A DNA stretch of 64,000 nucleotides from Squalus acanthias (taxonomy: Eukaryota): assembly GCA_030390025.1 (NCBI GenBank), contig CM059431.1, forward strand, positions 141,610,001 to 141,674,000. Reading direction: 5' to 3'. The notes below the pieces were generated by a model that was given only the letters and a program-made list of their open reading frames with translations, did not search any database and had not been told where the DNA came from. This document shows, piece after piece, positions 1 to 13,400 of the stretch; positions within the stretch are counted from its first letter, which is position 1, and each line of letters begins with the position of its first letter. The translations under genes and the position numbers were made by a program.

Positions 1-975
1 AACAAAGTGGATAACTTCAGATTTTTCCACAGTGAATTGCATCTGCCATCGTCTTGCCCACTCACTTAACCTGTCGATATCCATTTCCAGCCTCTTTGCA
101 TCTTCCTCACAACTTACTTTCCCACCTAGCTTTGATTCATCAGCAACCTTGGTTACATTACACTCGTCCCCTCATCTAAGCCATTGATATAGATTGTAAA
201 CAGCTGTGGCCCAAGCACTGATCCTTGCGGTACCCCACAAGTTACAGCCTGCCAATCTGAAAATTAACTGGTTAATTCCTACTCTCTGTTTTCTGTCGGT
301 TAACCAATCCTCTATCAATGCTAATATTTTACCCCCAAACCCATGCGCCTTTATCTTGCGTAGCAATCTTTTATGTGGCAACTTAATGAATGACTTTTGG
401 AAATCCAAATATACTGCATCCACTGTTTCCCCCTTATCTACCTTGCTAGTTACAACCTCAAAAGCTCTAATATATTTGTCAAACACGGCTTTACTTTCAT
501 AAATCCGTGTTGACTCTGCCCAATCATATTATGATTTTCTAAGTGCCCTGTTACCAAGTCCCAAATAATAGATTATTTGCTGGCATTTTCACTACTACTG
601 TTGTCAGGCTAGCTGGCCTGTCGTGAACAATTTTCTCGCTTGCTTCTTTCTTGAATAGCGGGGTTACTTTTGACACTTTCCAATTAGTGGGGATTGCTAT
701 TGAAAGTAGAACATTCTGGAAGTCCAAAACCAATGCATCCAATATCTCTGCAGCCACCTCTTTTAAGACCCTAGGTTTGAGGCCATCAGGTCCAAGTGAT
801 TTGTCGGTTTTTAGCCCCATTACTTTCTCCAGTCTATTTATTTACTAATACTAATTTATTTTAGTTCCTCATTCCCACTAGACCCGCGGTTCCCCACTAT
901 TTCCGGAATGCTTTTTTGTCTTTTCCGTGAATACAGATAGAAAGTATTTGTTCAATGTCTCTGCCATTTCCATAT
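1..975 (-). mobile_element. CR1 LINE RT fragment
   Basis: ORFs 172..486 (VDAVYLDFQKSF) and 551..820 (DKSLGPDGLKPRVLKE). Confidence 0.9.
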
Positions 976-1404
976 TACACATTATAATTTCTCCTCTCTC
1001 TGTCTGTAATGGTCTTTAATGGGGCGTTGGGAGGCCGCCAAGCGAAGGTCAGTAAAACAGTTTTTGATTGGCCTTAATGTGAAGTCAGATGGTGCAGGAT
1101 TGTGACCTGGGCTCACCCTCTTACCTTTGCCTCCCTCCATTCCCCAAGGACAGGCTCGCTGTCCGTGCAGCCGAATTTTCCTTTGTCTCGACCAACGATC
1201 TTCATCGGAAAATTGGGGTCGCAAGCTCGTAGATTTTAATTGTAGAAAACAAGAAGCCCAATTTTCAGTGACCTTCGGGCCCACGTCTTTGAGCGTATGT
1301 TCAAATTGGCGATCATTTCTGGCACTAGACCAATGTTTCCCCCAGATTAGACAATGTGTAACGAAAATCTGATGGTACTAATGAAGGACGGCTGATCCAC
1401 ATTA

Positions 1405-2000
1405 TCATCAACAACATCCTGCCTATACATCGCGCCTTTAACGTAGTAAAATGGTCCAAGGCGCTTCACAGGAGCGAGTATCAAACAAAATTTGATACGG
1501 AGTCACATAAGCAGATATTAGGAGAGGGGCCCAAAAGGTTGGTCAAAGAGGTAGATTTTAAGCAGCGCCTTAGCGGAGGAGAGAGAGAGCCTTACAGGTA
1601 AAGGATATGTTATCAGGGTTTAGCGCTTTTGCAGCTGAAGGGACGGCCGCCAATGGTGGAGTGATAAAAAACGGGGTGCACACGAGGACAGAATTGTAGG
1701 AGCTAAATATCTCGGAGTGCTGTAGGGACTGGAGCAGATTACAGAGATAGAGAGGGCGTGGCTATGGAGGGATTTGAAATCATGGATGAGAATTTTGAAA
1801 TCGAGGCATTGCCAGACCGTGAGTCAATTTAATTAAGTTTGTTCAGGGGGTGATGTGTGAACGGGAATTGGTGTGAGTTGGAATGCAGGAGGCGGAAGAT
1901 TGGATTAGCAGAAGTTTACGGGGGTCCAAGGTGGAGGGCCAGCCAGGAGAGCATTGGAATAGTCCAGACTGAGGTAACAAAAGCAAGGCTGAGTGTTTCA
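1405..2000 (-). mobile_element. L2-clade LINE 3' fragment
   Basis: Reverse complement of the tail seen at 30240-30998 ((CAA)n end, gcgcttcacagg). Confidence 0.7.
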
Positions 2001-3579
2001 ACGCCTGTTTTAGGCCCCTACATTTAGCTGGAAATCTATCACACAGAAACAGAAATAGGTGTGTGCAGCTGAATGATGCGTTGTGAGTCTAGCAATTACT
2101 GTTTGCGATATTACTACATTAAATCGTAATATTTACAATAGAATCCCTCTGTACAGTTTTAATGGTGGTTTTGACCTTTATATCATGAATGACAGGCGAA
2201 TTTGCTTGAAATGATTGAGTTAACTATTCCGATACCAATACTGTACAGCTAAACATCGGAGAGAAAGACCGGGCTAATCTTAACCTTATTTCAATGGAGA
2301 CGAAAATCGGGCGGAGTATAATACGAACGGGAACCCAGAACCCGTCCGTTTATCGAACAACCGGTTTGGTACAATTACCCGTCCTGGTGTGTTATCAAAT
2401 AATTTGATAAAGAACGCCAGTGCCATGCTGCTCCTTGTGAATAACTTTGTTGACTCGCTGGTAGTTTCCTAGCAAATTACCCAGCACCGTTCCATTTCTA
2501 CAGCATTCCTGAATAGCCCAATCATTCCCCTGTAGATTTATGTGTCTCTGTGAGCTGGAGGTCATCGCATGCGATCTTAGAGGAGGAATGGGACCTGTGA
2601 CATTCCTCTTCTTTAGCGTCTGCTGAGTGCAAGGCCTCTCCCCAGGCTTTCAGTCTAGAACTGAACATCAGCGCCAGTTCCTTATAACTCAAGACAGACC
2701 GGTGATATTGGATACAGGGATATGGGCACAACACGTGCACCAGCTAACGTCTGCATTTCCTATTCCATAGATCAGTCCGTTTAAGCAGCTGATTGCTAAT
2801 ACACACAGAGTAGGAATGTTCCAGGTTCTAGACTGGCTTAGAATTCGATGGGAGGGCGAACGGGAAAATGATTACCGCTCTTGGAGGCAATTTTCACTTA
2901 ACCTGGCGGTCTTGAAGCTGATGGAATCGGGTGAACGCGGGTTTTGCACCCCGCCTGAGTTTACTGTCATTGAAGACAACGAAGAGTAATATCGAGGGGG
3001 CGGGGGTGGGGAGGATGTAAAACTGGCTTTCCACCCGATCCTGCCAGTTTCCCGCCCGGCCTGTTATGTTAAAATTACCCCAGTGCGAGGGTTGTGTGTG
3101 TGCGGTGGGGAAATCCAGCTCCAGGTATGAGTGAACACTCATCTGAGAAATGTCGAGTTGACACCCACCCGATTGCCCGACTGATCGCCGCCACCAACAA
3201 GTAATGTAGCTCATTATGGGTGAAAGGTGAGGCGGGGGGATTTTCAGGAGGTGTAGGAAGAAAATAAGATCGTCTTAAGTCAAGAAAGTAATAGTGTCAT
3301 TGGTAGTTTATTTCAATCGTTTAAGCAACACATTCATTGCTGCATCAAAGATCAACAAGGTTGTTCACTACAGAAAGTCCAAAGAATAAGAGCTGGTAAC
3401 TGTTGTATTCCAGGGAAATTTTCCGAATATAAACCTTTGTGAGATGTCTCAAATTTCTCTTTATTCTGTTAATTTATGAGCTGTTTTGTCAGCTTAACAC
3501 GTGTTGTTCGACAGAAAAAATGACGTCATTCATTCATGAAGTGGATTGTGACGCCACTGCACCAAATACTCTTCTTGCT

Positions 3580-4380
3580 GAATCATAGAATCACAGAATG
3601 ATACAGCACAAAAAAAGGCCATTCGGTTCAATCGTGCCTGTGCCGAATTTCTGGAAGAGCGATCCAATTACAGCCACTCCCTGCTCTTTCCCCATAGCCC
3701 TGCATTTCTTTCCGTTTTAAGTTTATATCCACTTCCCTTTTGAAAGTTACTATTGAATCTGCTTCCATCGTCCTTTCAGGCAGTGTGTTCCAGATCATAT
3801 CAACTCGCTGTGTAAATACATTTCTCCTCATCTCCACTCTTGCTCTTTTGCTAATTACATTAAATCTGTTTCCATTGGTTACCGATTCTTCTGTTAGTGG
3901 AAATAGCTTCTCCTAATTTATTCTATCAAAACGTTTCATCATTTTGAACACCTCTATTAAAGCTACCCTTTTCCTTCCTTGCTCTAAGGAGAATAATCCC
4001 ACATAACTGAAACCCCTCATCCCTGCTAACATTCGAGTAAACCTCCTCTGCACCATCTCCAAAGTGTGGTGTTCAGAATTGGACACAATGCTCCAATTGT
4101 GGCCTAATCAATAATTTACAGAGATTTAGCATAACTTCCGTGCTTTTGTATGCTGTGCCTCTATTTACAAAGCAAATTATCCCGTATGCTGTTAACAGCT
4201 CTATCAGCTTGTCCTGCCCCCATCAAAGTTGTGTGTCACTGAACTCCCAGGTCTCTCGGTTCCTGCACCCCCTTTAAAATTGGACTATTTAGTTTATAAA
4301 TAAGCTCCTCGTTCTTTCTTTTAAAATGCATCAATTCACACTGCACTGCATTACATTTCATCTGTATGTGTCCCATTGTA
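3580..4380 (-). mobile_element. CR1 LINE 3' fragment
   Basis: ORF 3628..3837 (FTQRVDMIWNTLP); (catagaat) tail. Similar fragments at ~6345-6506/7272-7440, 7875-8330(+), 8960-9100 and 9620-10090. Confidence 0.85.
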
Positions 4381-4424
4381 AGATCTCCATTTGTACCACT
4401 GAAAACCTTTCTACAACGCTGGCA

Positions 4425-4499
4425 TCAGACTGTTGTAGGTTGGACCTTGGGGATTGGTGTTTGAGCGGGGTTGTTCTGATCAGTAGGCTCATGGGAAGG
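4425..4499 (-). CDS. MS4A-like gene last coding exon (Pro-rich C-terminal tail)
   Basis: Strong acceptor ctcttctccttcacag|CCT TCC CAT...GTC TGA; PSHEPTDQNNPAQTPIPKVQPTTV*. Confidence 0.75.
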   Translation of the reverse strand, partial: PSHEPTDQNNPAQTPIPKVQPTTV

Positions 4500-7400
4500 C
4501 TGTGAAGGAGAAGAGCATTTTTGGAAAACAGTAAATAAATAAACAGACCAATAAATAAAAAAGCAAACATCCAAGATGAGGTGAATGATGATGATTTCCT
4601 TCTCGTCATGTGTGAAATTCCTCGATAAATGAGAATCGTGCCATACGTTATAATGGGCTAGAATTTACTTTAACAACAATGGTGAGGCTGTTATTTATTC
4701 ACAAATCAGAGAGCTACTTCGAGCCAGCACAGATGCGCAGTTCAACGCGAAAACCTGGAGTTACTGTCCGAGATCCAGCGCTATTCGCTGAGCTGCTCGA
4801 AAATGGCATCTGCTGTCTGGTTCTCCATTCAATTATACTCAGCTCTGTGAATTTCCTGTACTTGCAAAGTAGAGAGAGACTTATATCGCCACAGAAAGCT
4901 AGGGATTGTCCATATCTGTATAAGTATCATTTTTAAAAGTGAGATAATTTTTAATTCCTGCCAAATTAACTTGTACGATTGTGGAGTCTCATTCCTTCAG
5001 ATTTTAATTGTTGATGGAGATTATTTTTAAAATTAAAAATGTAAAACAATTAGTTTATCTTTCTTTCTGTCTCTTTTCTCTTTCTCTCTCTGAATCCAAT
5101 CTTTCTTTCCCTTTCTTTATTTCGCTTTCAATACCTGATTGACGTTGAATAAACTATTCTAACTTAGACTTCCTGCTTCAGAATTTGCACTGTTCAATCT
5201 TCAGTCATTCAAAATGATTGGTGAAGGAGATGCACAGTTGCTTGCTCGGTTCACACAGGGCCAATATGCCCTGTAGTGGGCGCCACAGAGTTTTAATCTA
5301 CTACTGCAGCTTCCGGTACAAAAGGTCATAGAAATTAAATGGGCATGGGCAAGTCTAACGAATAGTGGTCGCCGATCGTCCACTGGCTTTAGTAAATCCT
5401 GGCACAGTATTTCTCATTGCAATATCTGTGGGAGGTGAATACCAATTTCTGAATTTTTAGAGTCCATACTCAGCAGAGCCGAGGAAAATACTTGTTAATT
5501 TGGCCTTGTAACTACATACCTTATTGACGAGTGTTTTGGAATGGTTCCAGAACTCCTTGCCTACGAAAATGGAAAGGACAATTGATACCAACAGCTCCAG
5601 CATTCCCAGCAGGTAGAGAACCAGTACGAGATGGAAACGGTATATCTGTGGATCAGTCGCAAGAACATGTTCAGGGCAATCAGAAATAACACGTATTTCA
5701 GACAACGAGAACTGTCGTACATAGAGCGACAGCACAATTCATGGAGAATTTTAAATCGAAGTGTAAAAATTAGCCAATTTTGGAGCAAGGAAGAATATTG
5801 CGAGTGAAATTGATCTCCACCAGTAGAGCTGAATGGGCATCAGAAATCCGTTTTACGCTGCTCCCGATTTTCCTCTCCAATTTACTTCACTGGAAAAGAA
5901 AATCGGGAAGAGTGTAACGCAGTTATTTCCAGCCCCATTGTCTCAATATTAGGCGACCTCCCACAGGGCATCAAGAAAATGTTTTCAGCTGAAATGTTAT
6001 TTCATTGTGCAGGAGGGAATTAATGGACCAAGGCGTAGAACTATAATTCAGCCCCCATTTGCAAGTCTGAATTTTGCCGCTAGATATCAAATCTGACTGC
6101 AATGTTGGAAGTCTAGAAGAACAATTCATTGAAGCTTTTCTTCACTCCAGGCTGAGGAAGGGGCAGCCGCAAAACGCAGGCGCTACAGCGCCGCCACAGG
6201 CCGGCTGGTGCAATGACCGCATGACGTCCGCTCATTTCAAACGTGAACAGATGGAAATATAACTTGAAATGTTATAGCAGGTTGTGCACATAGAATGTAC
6301 GAACAGACCGAAGATTGCTTTAATCTCCACAGTACCAATTAATAGACTCATAGAATGATACAGCACAGAAGGAGTCCAAATCGGCCCATTGGGCCCTTGC
6401 TTGCTCTTTGAAAGAGTTAACCAATTAAACACACTCCCCTGTCCTTTCCCCATAGTCCCGCATTTTTTCATTCAAGTATTTATCCAGTTCACATTTGAAA
6501 GTTATTGGCTCAGAAATTAAACAGTGAGGGTTCCCGCGGGGGTAAGGAATCCCCGCGATATCGCACTCCGCGCCTACCTTTTTGCTCCGGGCCGACACGA
6601 ACTTTAGTTTGAAACTCTCTCTCTCTTGGAACCGTGCAGTGCTTGCTTGCCCCAGAGACGCAATTAGTTCGTGCGAGCTCTGGGATCACGTGATTCAGTT
6701 AGAGCCAATGGCAGCACACCATCTTTCATTCATAGTTTTGACAGGAAGACCTGTCAAAGCTATGAATAGTACACCCCCCCCAAAAGAACAGCTAAACCTC
6801 AATTAAATTTAAAAAAAGCCATCACATTAATAAAATAAGTATAGTTAAATAAATTAACCACTATAAACAAAAAAATACATTTTTGAAAAAATTTAAAATC
6901 TTTTTTAAAAGTTATAAAAATAAACTTACCTTTCTTTAAAGTCTCTAAAAAAGATAAACCTGTTGAAAAAAAAATTAAATAACACTTAATTAACTACTTA
7001 CCTTGTTAAAAGGGGGTCCTACGCCTGCTTTCTTTATGTGTAAAATGTTCACCACTTACCTGCGCATTCAAAGCTGAAAAAATAACTAAGTGCACTGCGT
7101 GCGCACAGCCTGTAGCGCGCACGCGGTTCACTTAGGAACCGCCCCCTTTTGAATTCACGAAGTGCCGGTTTCCCGCGCATGCGCAGTGCATGCAGGAAAC
7201 CGGCAATTGGAGACCTGATACGCGAGAGTACACAGTGCGTACTCTCGCGTATTAGGTCTAATTTTCGGGCCTATCTGCTTCCACCACTTTTTCAGGCAGT
7301 GCATTCCAGATCATAACAAGCCGCTGTGTAAAAAACGAATTCTCCACATTTCTCCGCTGGTTCTTTTCCCAATTATCTTCAATCTGTGTCCTCTGGTTAC

Positions 7401-10400
7401 CGACGCTCTGCCACTGAGATCAGATTTTCCTTATTTACTCTTTAAATAAACATGATTCATACGATCCATGTAATACATTTTTTTCTTAGCTATTTGGAGA
7501 TGTTAAGCAGTTTATGTTGCCACTCTAAAGATTTATATTAACTTCAAGCTTGTTTCCTGTATACATGACTTCACAGGATGTCCCCTCGTCCCATTGAAAC
7601 GCTGAATTGACAGGGTATTGTGGTTACACTTCGTAAGATGGAAACCCAAAGCGGTATTAGAACGCCTCCTAAAGAGATTTCTCGCTGCTTCTCTCTCATG
7701 CTGATCCGCCGATTGGTTTTATTACGTCTGTTTGTGCCTGGGAAATGGAAAGTGACGCAAAGCTGTACTGTGAAGGGCAATCTCAATTGTTTTTTTGTAG
7801 AAAATTATTTAATTGTTCAATCAACAATAACACTGCCAGAGGGAGTACTGATTTAAAACTGTTATTCATGTATTAAGGGAGTTATGCTAATCCTGTATAA
7901 AGCATTGCTTAGGATTCATCTGGAACACTGTGGCCAATACTGGGCACCACACTTTCGGAAGGATGTCAAAGCCTTAGAGAGGGTGCAGATGAAATTTTAT
8001 AGAAAGTTACCTTGGATGAAAAACCTCAGTTATGTGGATAGACTAGAGAAACTGGGGTTGTTCTCCTTAGAGCAAAGAATCTTGAGGGGAAATTTGAAAG
8101 AAATCTTCAAAATCATGAAGGCGTTTGATGGATAAAATAAGGAGAAACTGGTTCAAGTGGCAGAGCGCTCGGTATCCAGAGACACAGATATAAGGTCATT
8201 GGAAAATTAACCAGAGGCGACGTCAGGACAAAAATTATGCAACGAGTTGTTATAATCAGGAATGCACTGTCTGAAAGGGAGGTGGGTGCAGATTCTATAA
8301 TATCTTTTTAAAGGGAATTAGATAGATACAGTTCTTTACTTACAGCCAAAGTAATGGGCCACGAATCGGAGTCACTACCAGAAGGCAAAGAATAAGTGGG
8401 GTACTAACCTCGATGTAAATGCAAAACAGGACCAGATTGACTACGCCAAGAAGGGCACTGAACATATTCAGCGCCAGACAGGTCGCCACCTTCGAAAAAT
8501 AAGCAAAAGATTATTTAAATATCTGAATTTGGTGAGATCTTCAGAAAGCCATTAGTTGTCTGGGCGGAAAATCTCATTCAAAGCTCCCATCTAAAGACAT
8601 TAATGAGTTCAAAATTCCATACCAACCGGATTTTTTGCAATAAAATAGTGTCATAGAATCTTACAGCACACAAGGCGGCCATTCCATAATGTCTGTGCCG
8701 GCTCTTTGAAAGAGTTGTCAAATAAGAGTCTTTTATTTTCTTTCTGGAAATAAAATTTGACCAAGTATGGCAGGATATGTAGTTGGCATGAAAGACAAAT
8801 TTACGTCAAACCCATTTGTAGAGGACGGCGTTTTTCTATTTTGGATTTCGCAGTGCAATCTGAGCAGTGTGAGTCCTGGGAAATTGAAGTGATCAGGGAT
8901 AGAGTCAAATGAACAAACAACGAAACAATTACGTAGACAATCTCGTCTAGACAGTCATTGGAACACAGGAGTTTAGGAACAGGCGTAGGCCATTCAGCCA
9001 CTCGAAACTGTTCCTTCAATCAGTTAGATTATTTCGGATCTTTAGGTTGACTCCATCTATCCGTTTTGGGTCCCAGTAGCTTTAATACTCTTGCCTAGTA
9101 AAAGTGCAATGAGAGCAAGTTTCTGGAATTACAACTGGAACTAATGGGTAAAAGGCATTGGGGCAGATCTCGAAATGGGCTGCCGACTCGTTTTACTACC
9201 TACGAATCCGAATTTACCCCCGGTGAGGGTAAAACTGGCATTATCGATTATGAAATCAATGGAACTGAATATCGGGCCGGCTGTCTAACGGGTGACTGAT
9301 GCAGGACCGTTTGTTTTACCACCCTGCTATTCTCCAATTTCACCCCCACGACCTACACAATGATACGGGTTACCACATATCTGAACAATCCCAGTTAAAG
9401 GTAACTTTTCCAATACGTCAATAATCAGCCCAGCAACCAGTATTTCAAATTAGAGCAGTATTCCGTGCAATGGACTGCGTTGTTTAAATGGAGAGTCATT
9501 GTGGAGATACTTACAAGGCCTGTAGATGATGTCTTTCCCACAATACACCACAGGCTCCCAGAAAGTATAAGCTGGGAAAGAAATGTGAGAAATCAATCCC
9601 ACATGATACTGTGTATAATTATTGGAACACAGAATCACACCCAGGTCATTCAGCCCCTCGAGCCTGTTCCGCCCGTTAATTAGATTATGACTGATCTGCA
9701 ACTTGACTTCATTTACCTGCCTTGGTTCCGTAACGCTGAATAGCCTCATGTAACATACATCGAGCATCCTCAGTTTTGAAATTTTCAATTGACCCCTACC
9801 CTCAACAGCTATTGGAGGGAGATAGTACCAGATTTTCAATATCCTTTATGAGAAGAAGTGCTTTCTGACATAACACATGAATGGCCGAGTACTAATTTTA
9901 AAGTTATGTTCTGGTACCCACACCAGAGGGAATAGTTTTTCTCTATCAACCATATTAGATAATTTAATCAACTTAAACATCTCAGTTAGATGACCCCTTA
10001 ATCTTCTATACTCGAGGGAATACAAGTGTAGTCTATGCAACCCGTCCTTATACTTAAAATAAGTTTAACCCCAGTATCATTCTGGTGAACTATAACAACA
10101 GTCTTAAATTCTGAAGCGCAATATTCTGGCTGATTATTCACAGACCATCAAACGTTGAATACGTTATCAATAAACAAATAACGATCTCGACACATGAGGA
10201 TTTTAAATAAATCTGGGCGCAGATATTATGGTTTCTTCCTTTAACTTAGGAATTCTCGTTCGTCTGACATCCCATTTGTTCGCTATTTTAACGGGAATGT
10301 TATTCGCTTTAGAATAGTTGATGCCTCCGGTAAAATAGCGACAATCAGAAGAATATTAAAGCAAGGCGCTGCAATTCAATGCATAAAATTGCAACAAAAA

Positions 10401-13400
10401 GTCTAACATCACATCCAATCAATTCTAACCAGATTTAAATTCCTCCAAACAGTTTCTACTACAGACATTGGACAGAAACTCACCGACAGCCCGCCACACA
10501 ACTGTGTTCTGTCTGCTCCTGCCACCAATCTCGGATTCAGAATTAAAGCGATCCAGATTATTATGAGAAGTATTCCCAACAGAATCTGCATAATCTAAAA
10601 GAAAACAAGTATCGCACTGTGGAATCAAGATAACATGTAGAAAACCATACAAAATATAACAGTGTGCGTGAGAGCGAGAGAGGGAGAGGTAGCGAAAGAG
10701 ATGGAGAGATGGATGAGAGACAGAGAGAGAGGGAGAGGAGGAGAGAGAGAGATCAAGGTAAGAGACAAGTGAAACTTTGTTGAAAGCTGACTGAGATGAT
10801 TCGATTAACACATTGTTAGAATGTTTTAATATCATTTAAATGGTCAAGGTGTCCCAGCATTACTTCCGTTTGTAGATTTATTGTTAGACCAGATGTGGGA
10901 GAAAGGGAAACGTGAATCTTGTTTCTTGTGTGAACCATAAACAGTTTGAAAACCCAAGGACACAAATTGATAAGAAACCCAGGTCGGGAAAATGGCTGAT
11001 AAGAGATTATTTGCCAAAACGCTATATACCACAGTAAAAGATAAAAATTGACCTACATACTGTATTATAAACAAAGATTGTAGAACAGAGGCAAAGTCCG
11101 AAAAATAACCTAGAAATTCCTCTCTGGGGGTGACACAAAACGGGCGGTATCGGAGCGGCGGCCCAGTTATACACAGCGCCTGATATTCAGCCATACTGAC
11201 TGCAATAGAACTGAATATCAGGCCCTGCGAATACCGCACCCGATCCGATACCGAGACGAATTTCTAGGAAAAGCGGGGTAAACACCAAAAAATGCGGCAT
11301 CAGCAAAACATGCAACTAAGTAATACGTAGACACAGACCAAGCTTTTACAAGGCACTAATAAAAAGTCTGATGGAATATGCTTCACTTGCATGGATGAGT
11401 GCAGCTCCAACAACACTCAAGAAGCTCGACATCATCCAGGAAAAAAGCAGCTTGGCTGGCCCCCCATCCACAACTTTAAACATTCACTCCCTCCACCACC
11501 AGGGTACCGTGGCTGCAGTCTGTACCATCTACAGGATGCAATAGAGGAACTCGCAAGGCTTCTTCGGCAGCACCTCCCAAACCCGCGACCTCTACCACGT
11601 AGAAGGGCAAAGGCAGCAGGTACATGGGAACACCACCACCTCCAAGTTCACCTCCAAGTCACACACCATCCTGACTTAGAAGTAAATCGCCGATCAGTCA
11701 TCGTCGCTGGGTCAAAATCCTGGAACTCCCTGACTGACAGCACTGTGGGAGTACCTTCACCACACGGACTGCAGTGGTTTGAGAAGGGGGCTCACCACCA
11801 CCTTCTCAAGGGCAGTTAAGGATGGGCAATAAATGCTGGCCTTGCCAGCGACGCGCACATCCTGGAAAGAATATTTAAAAAATAGAACCCAGTTGCCCCC
11901 AAGGGTTCTCGGATTGGTCAGGAGCCACGCAGCCGCGCGAAAGGCCTGGAGGGATGGAGCTGGTCGCCTGGGAAACACGAGCTGGGTGGTTCTCTTGGGG
12001 GTGGGACCGCTCTCTGTGCCACTTGGAAGCCCGCAGACATGCAGGCAGTCTAGAGCGGAAAGTGATCACTCCAGTCCGGGGAATCATGTTGCATTAATTA
12101 CGCTCAGCAGGTCAGGCAGCGTCCGTGGTGAGAGAAACAGAGTAAAAGAATGTGGATGTCATCTTGTCATTTACTATAACACTGTAGAACAGTTACATAA
12201 AACTTAATGGCCCAGAAATTAAACAGTGAGGGTTCCCGCGGGGGTAAGGATTCCCCGCAATATCGCACTCCGCGCCTACCTTTTTGCTCCGGGCCCACAC
12301 GAACTTTAGTTTGAAAGGCTCTCTCTCTTGGAACCGTGCAGTGCTTGCGTGCCCCAGAGATGCAATTAGTTCGTGCGAGCTCTGGGATCACGTGATTCAG
12401 TTAGAGCCAATGGCAGCACACCATCTTTCATTCATAGTTTTGACAGAAAGACCTGTCAAAGCTATGAATACTACACACCCCCAAAAGAACAGCTAAACCT
12501 CAATTAAGTAAAAAAAAGCCATCACATTAATAAAATAAGTATAGTTAAATAAATTAACCACTTTAAACAAAAAATTAAATTTTTGAAAAAATTTAAAATC
12601 TTTTTAAAAGTTCTAAAAATAAACTTACCTTTCTTTAAAGTCTCTAAAAAAGATAAACCTGTTGAAAAAAAATTAAATAACACTTAATTAACTACTTACC
12701 TTGTTAAAAGGGGGTCCTACGCCTGCTTTCTTTATGTGTGAAATCTTCACCACTTACCTGCGCGTTCAAAGCTGAAAAAATAACTAAGTGCGCTGCGTGC
12801 GCACAGCCTGTAGTGCGCACGCGGTTCACTTGTGAACCGCCCCCTTTTCAATACACGAAGTGCCGGTTTCCCGCGCATGCGCAGTGCATGCAGAAAACCG
12901 GCAATTCGTGATCTAATACGCGAGAGTACACAGTGCGTAATCTCGCGTATTAGGTTTAATTTTCGGGCCAATACTGTTACTGTTCAATGTAATATAGCTT
13001 GATTTTATAAAAAAAAACACACTCGTGCAAGAATCATGAGCTGAAGTATTGTCACTGGACTAACAACCCTTTTTTACGACAATAACCATGGATGAAATTC
13101 TCCAGCACACATATGCTTCTGGTCCACCACCACAAACATTCACTCCGTCCACCACCGTGGCTGCAGTGTGTACCAGGATGAACTGCAGCAACTCGCCAAG
13201 GCTTCTTCAACAGCACCGCCCTAACCCGTGAACTGCACAACCCAGAAGGACAACGGCGGCAGGCGCATGGGTACACCATCAACTCCACTCCAAGTCACAC
13301 ACCATCCTGACATGGGCAGATATCTGCCGTTCCTTCATCGTCACTGGGTCAAAACCCTTGAGATCCTTGGCTGACAGTACTGTGGGAGCACCTTCACCAC

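Noticed and set aside
2534..2760. Decayed immunoglobulin V-like exon (FSLELNIS...YWIQGYG)
   Set aside because: Multiple stops and the canonical Cys/Trp are missing; the resemblance may be chance.
4606..4620. Alternative last exon EFHT*
   Set aside because: Poor GAG acceptor compared with the strong pyrimidine-tract CAG acceptor at 4500.
6582..6806. Duplicated 70-74 aa ORFs (also 12284..12496) as a small gene family
   Set aside because: They lie within the two MITE copies and use non-ATG starts.
7578..7631. Extra MS4A loop exon (CNHNTLSIQRFNGTRGHP, minus strand)
   Set aside because: In frame but with a weak donor (gtgaag) and not needed for the model; it cannot be supported without RNA data.
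8805..8875. Exon-like segment between MS4A exons 3 and 4
   Set aside because: 71 nt would break the frame, and it has no family similarity.
10409..10591. Small secreted peptide with a signal sequence (MQILLGILL...)
   Set aside because: Better explained as MS4A exon 2 (TM1), bounded by splice sites.
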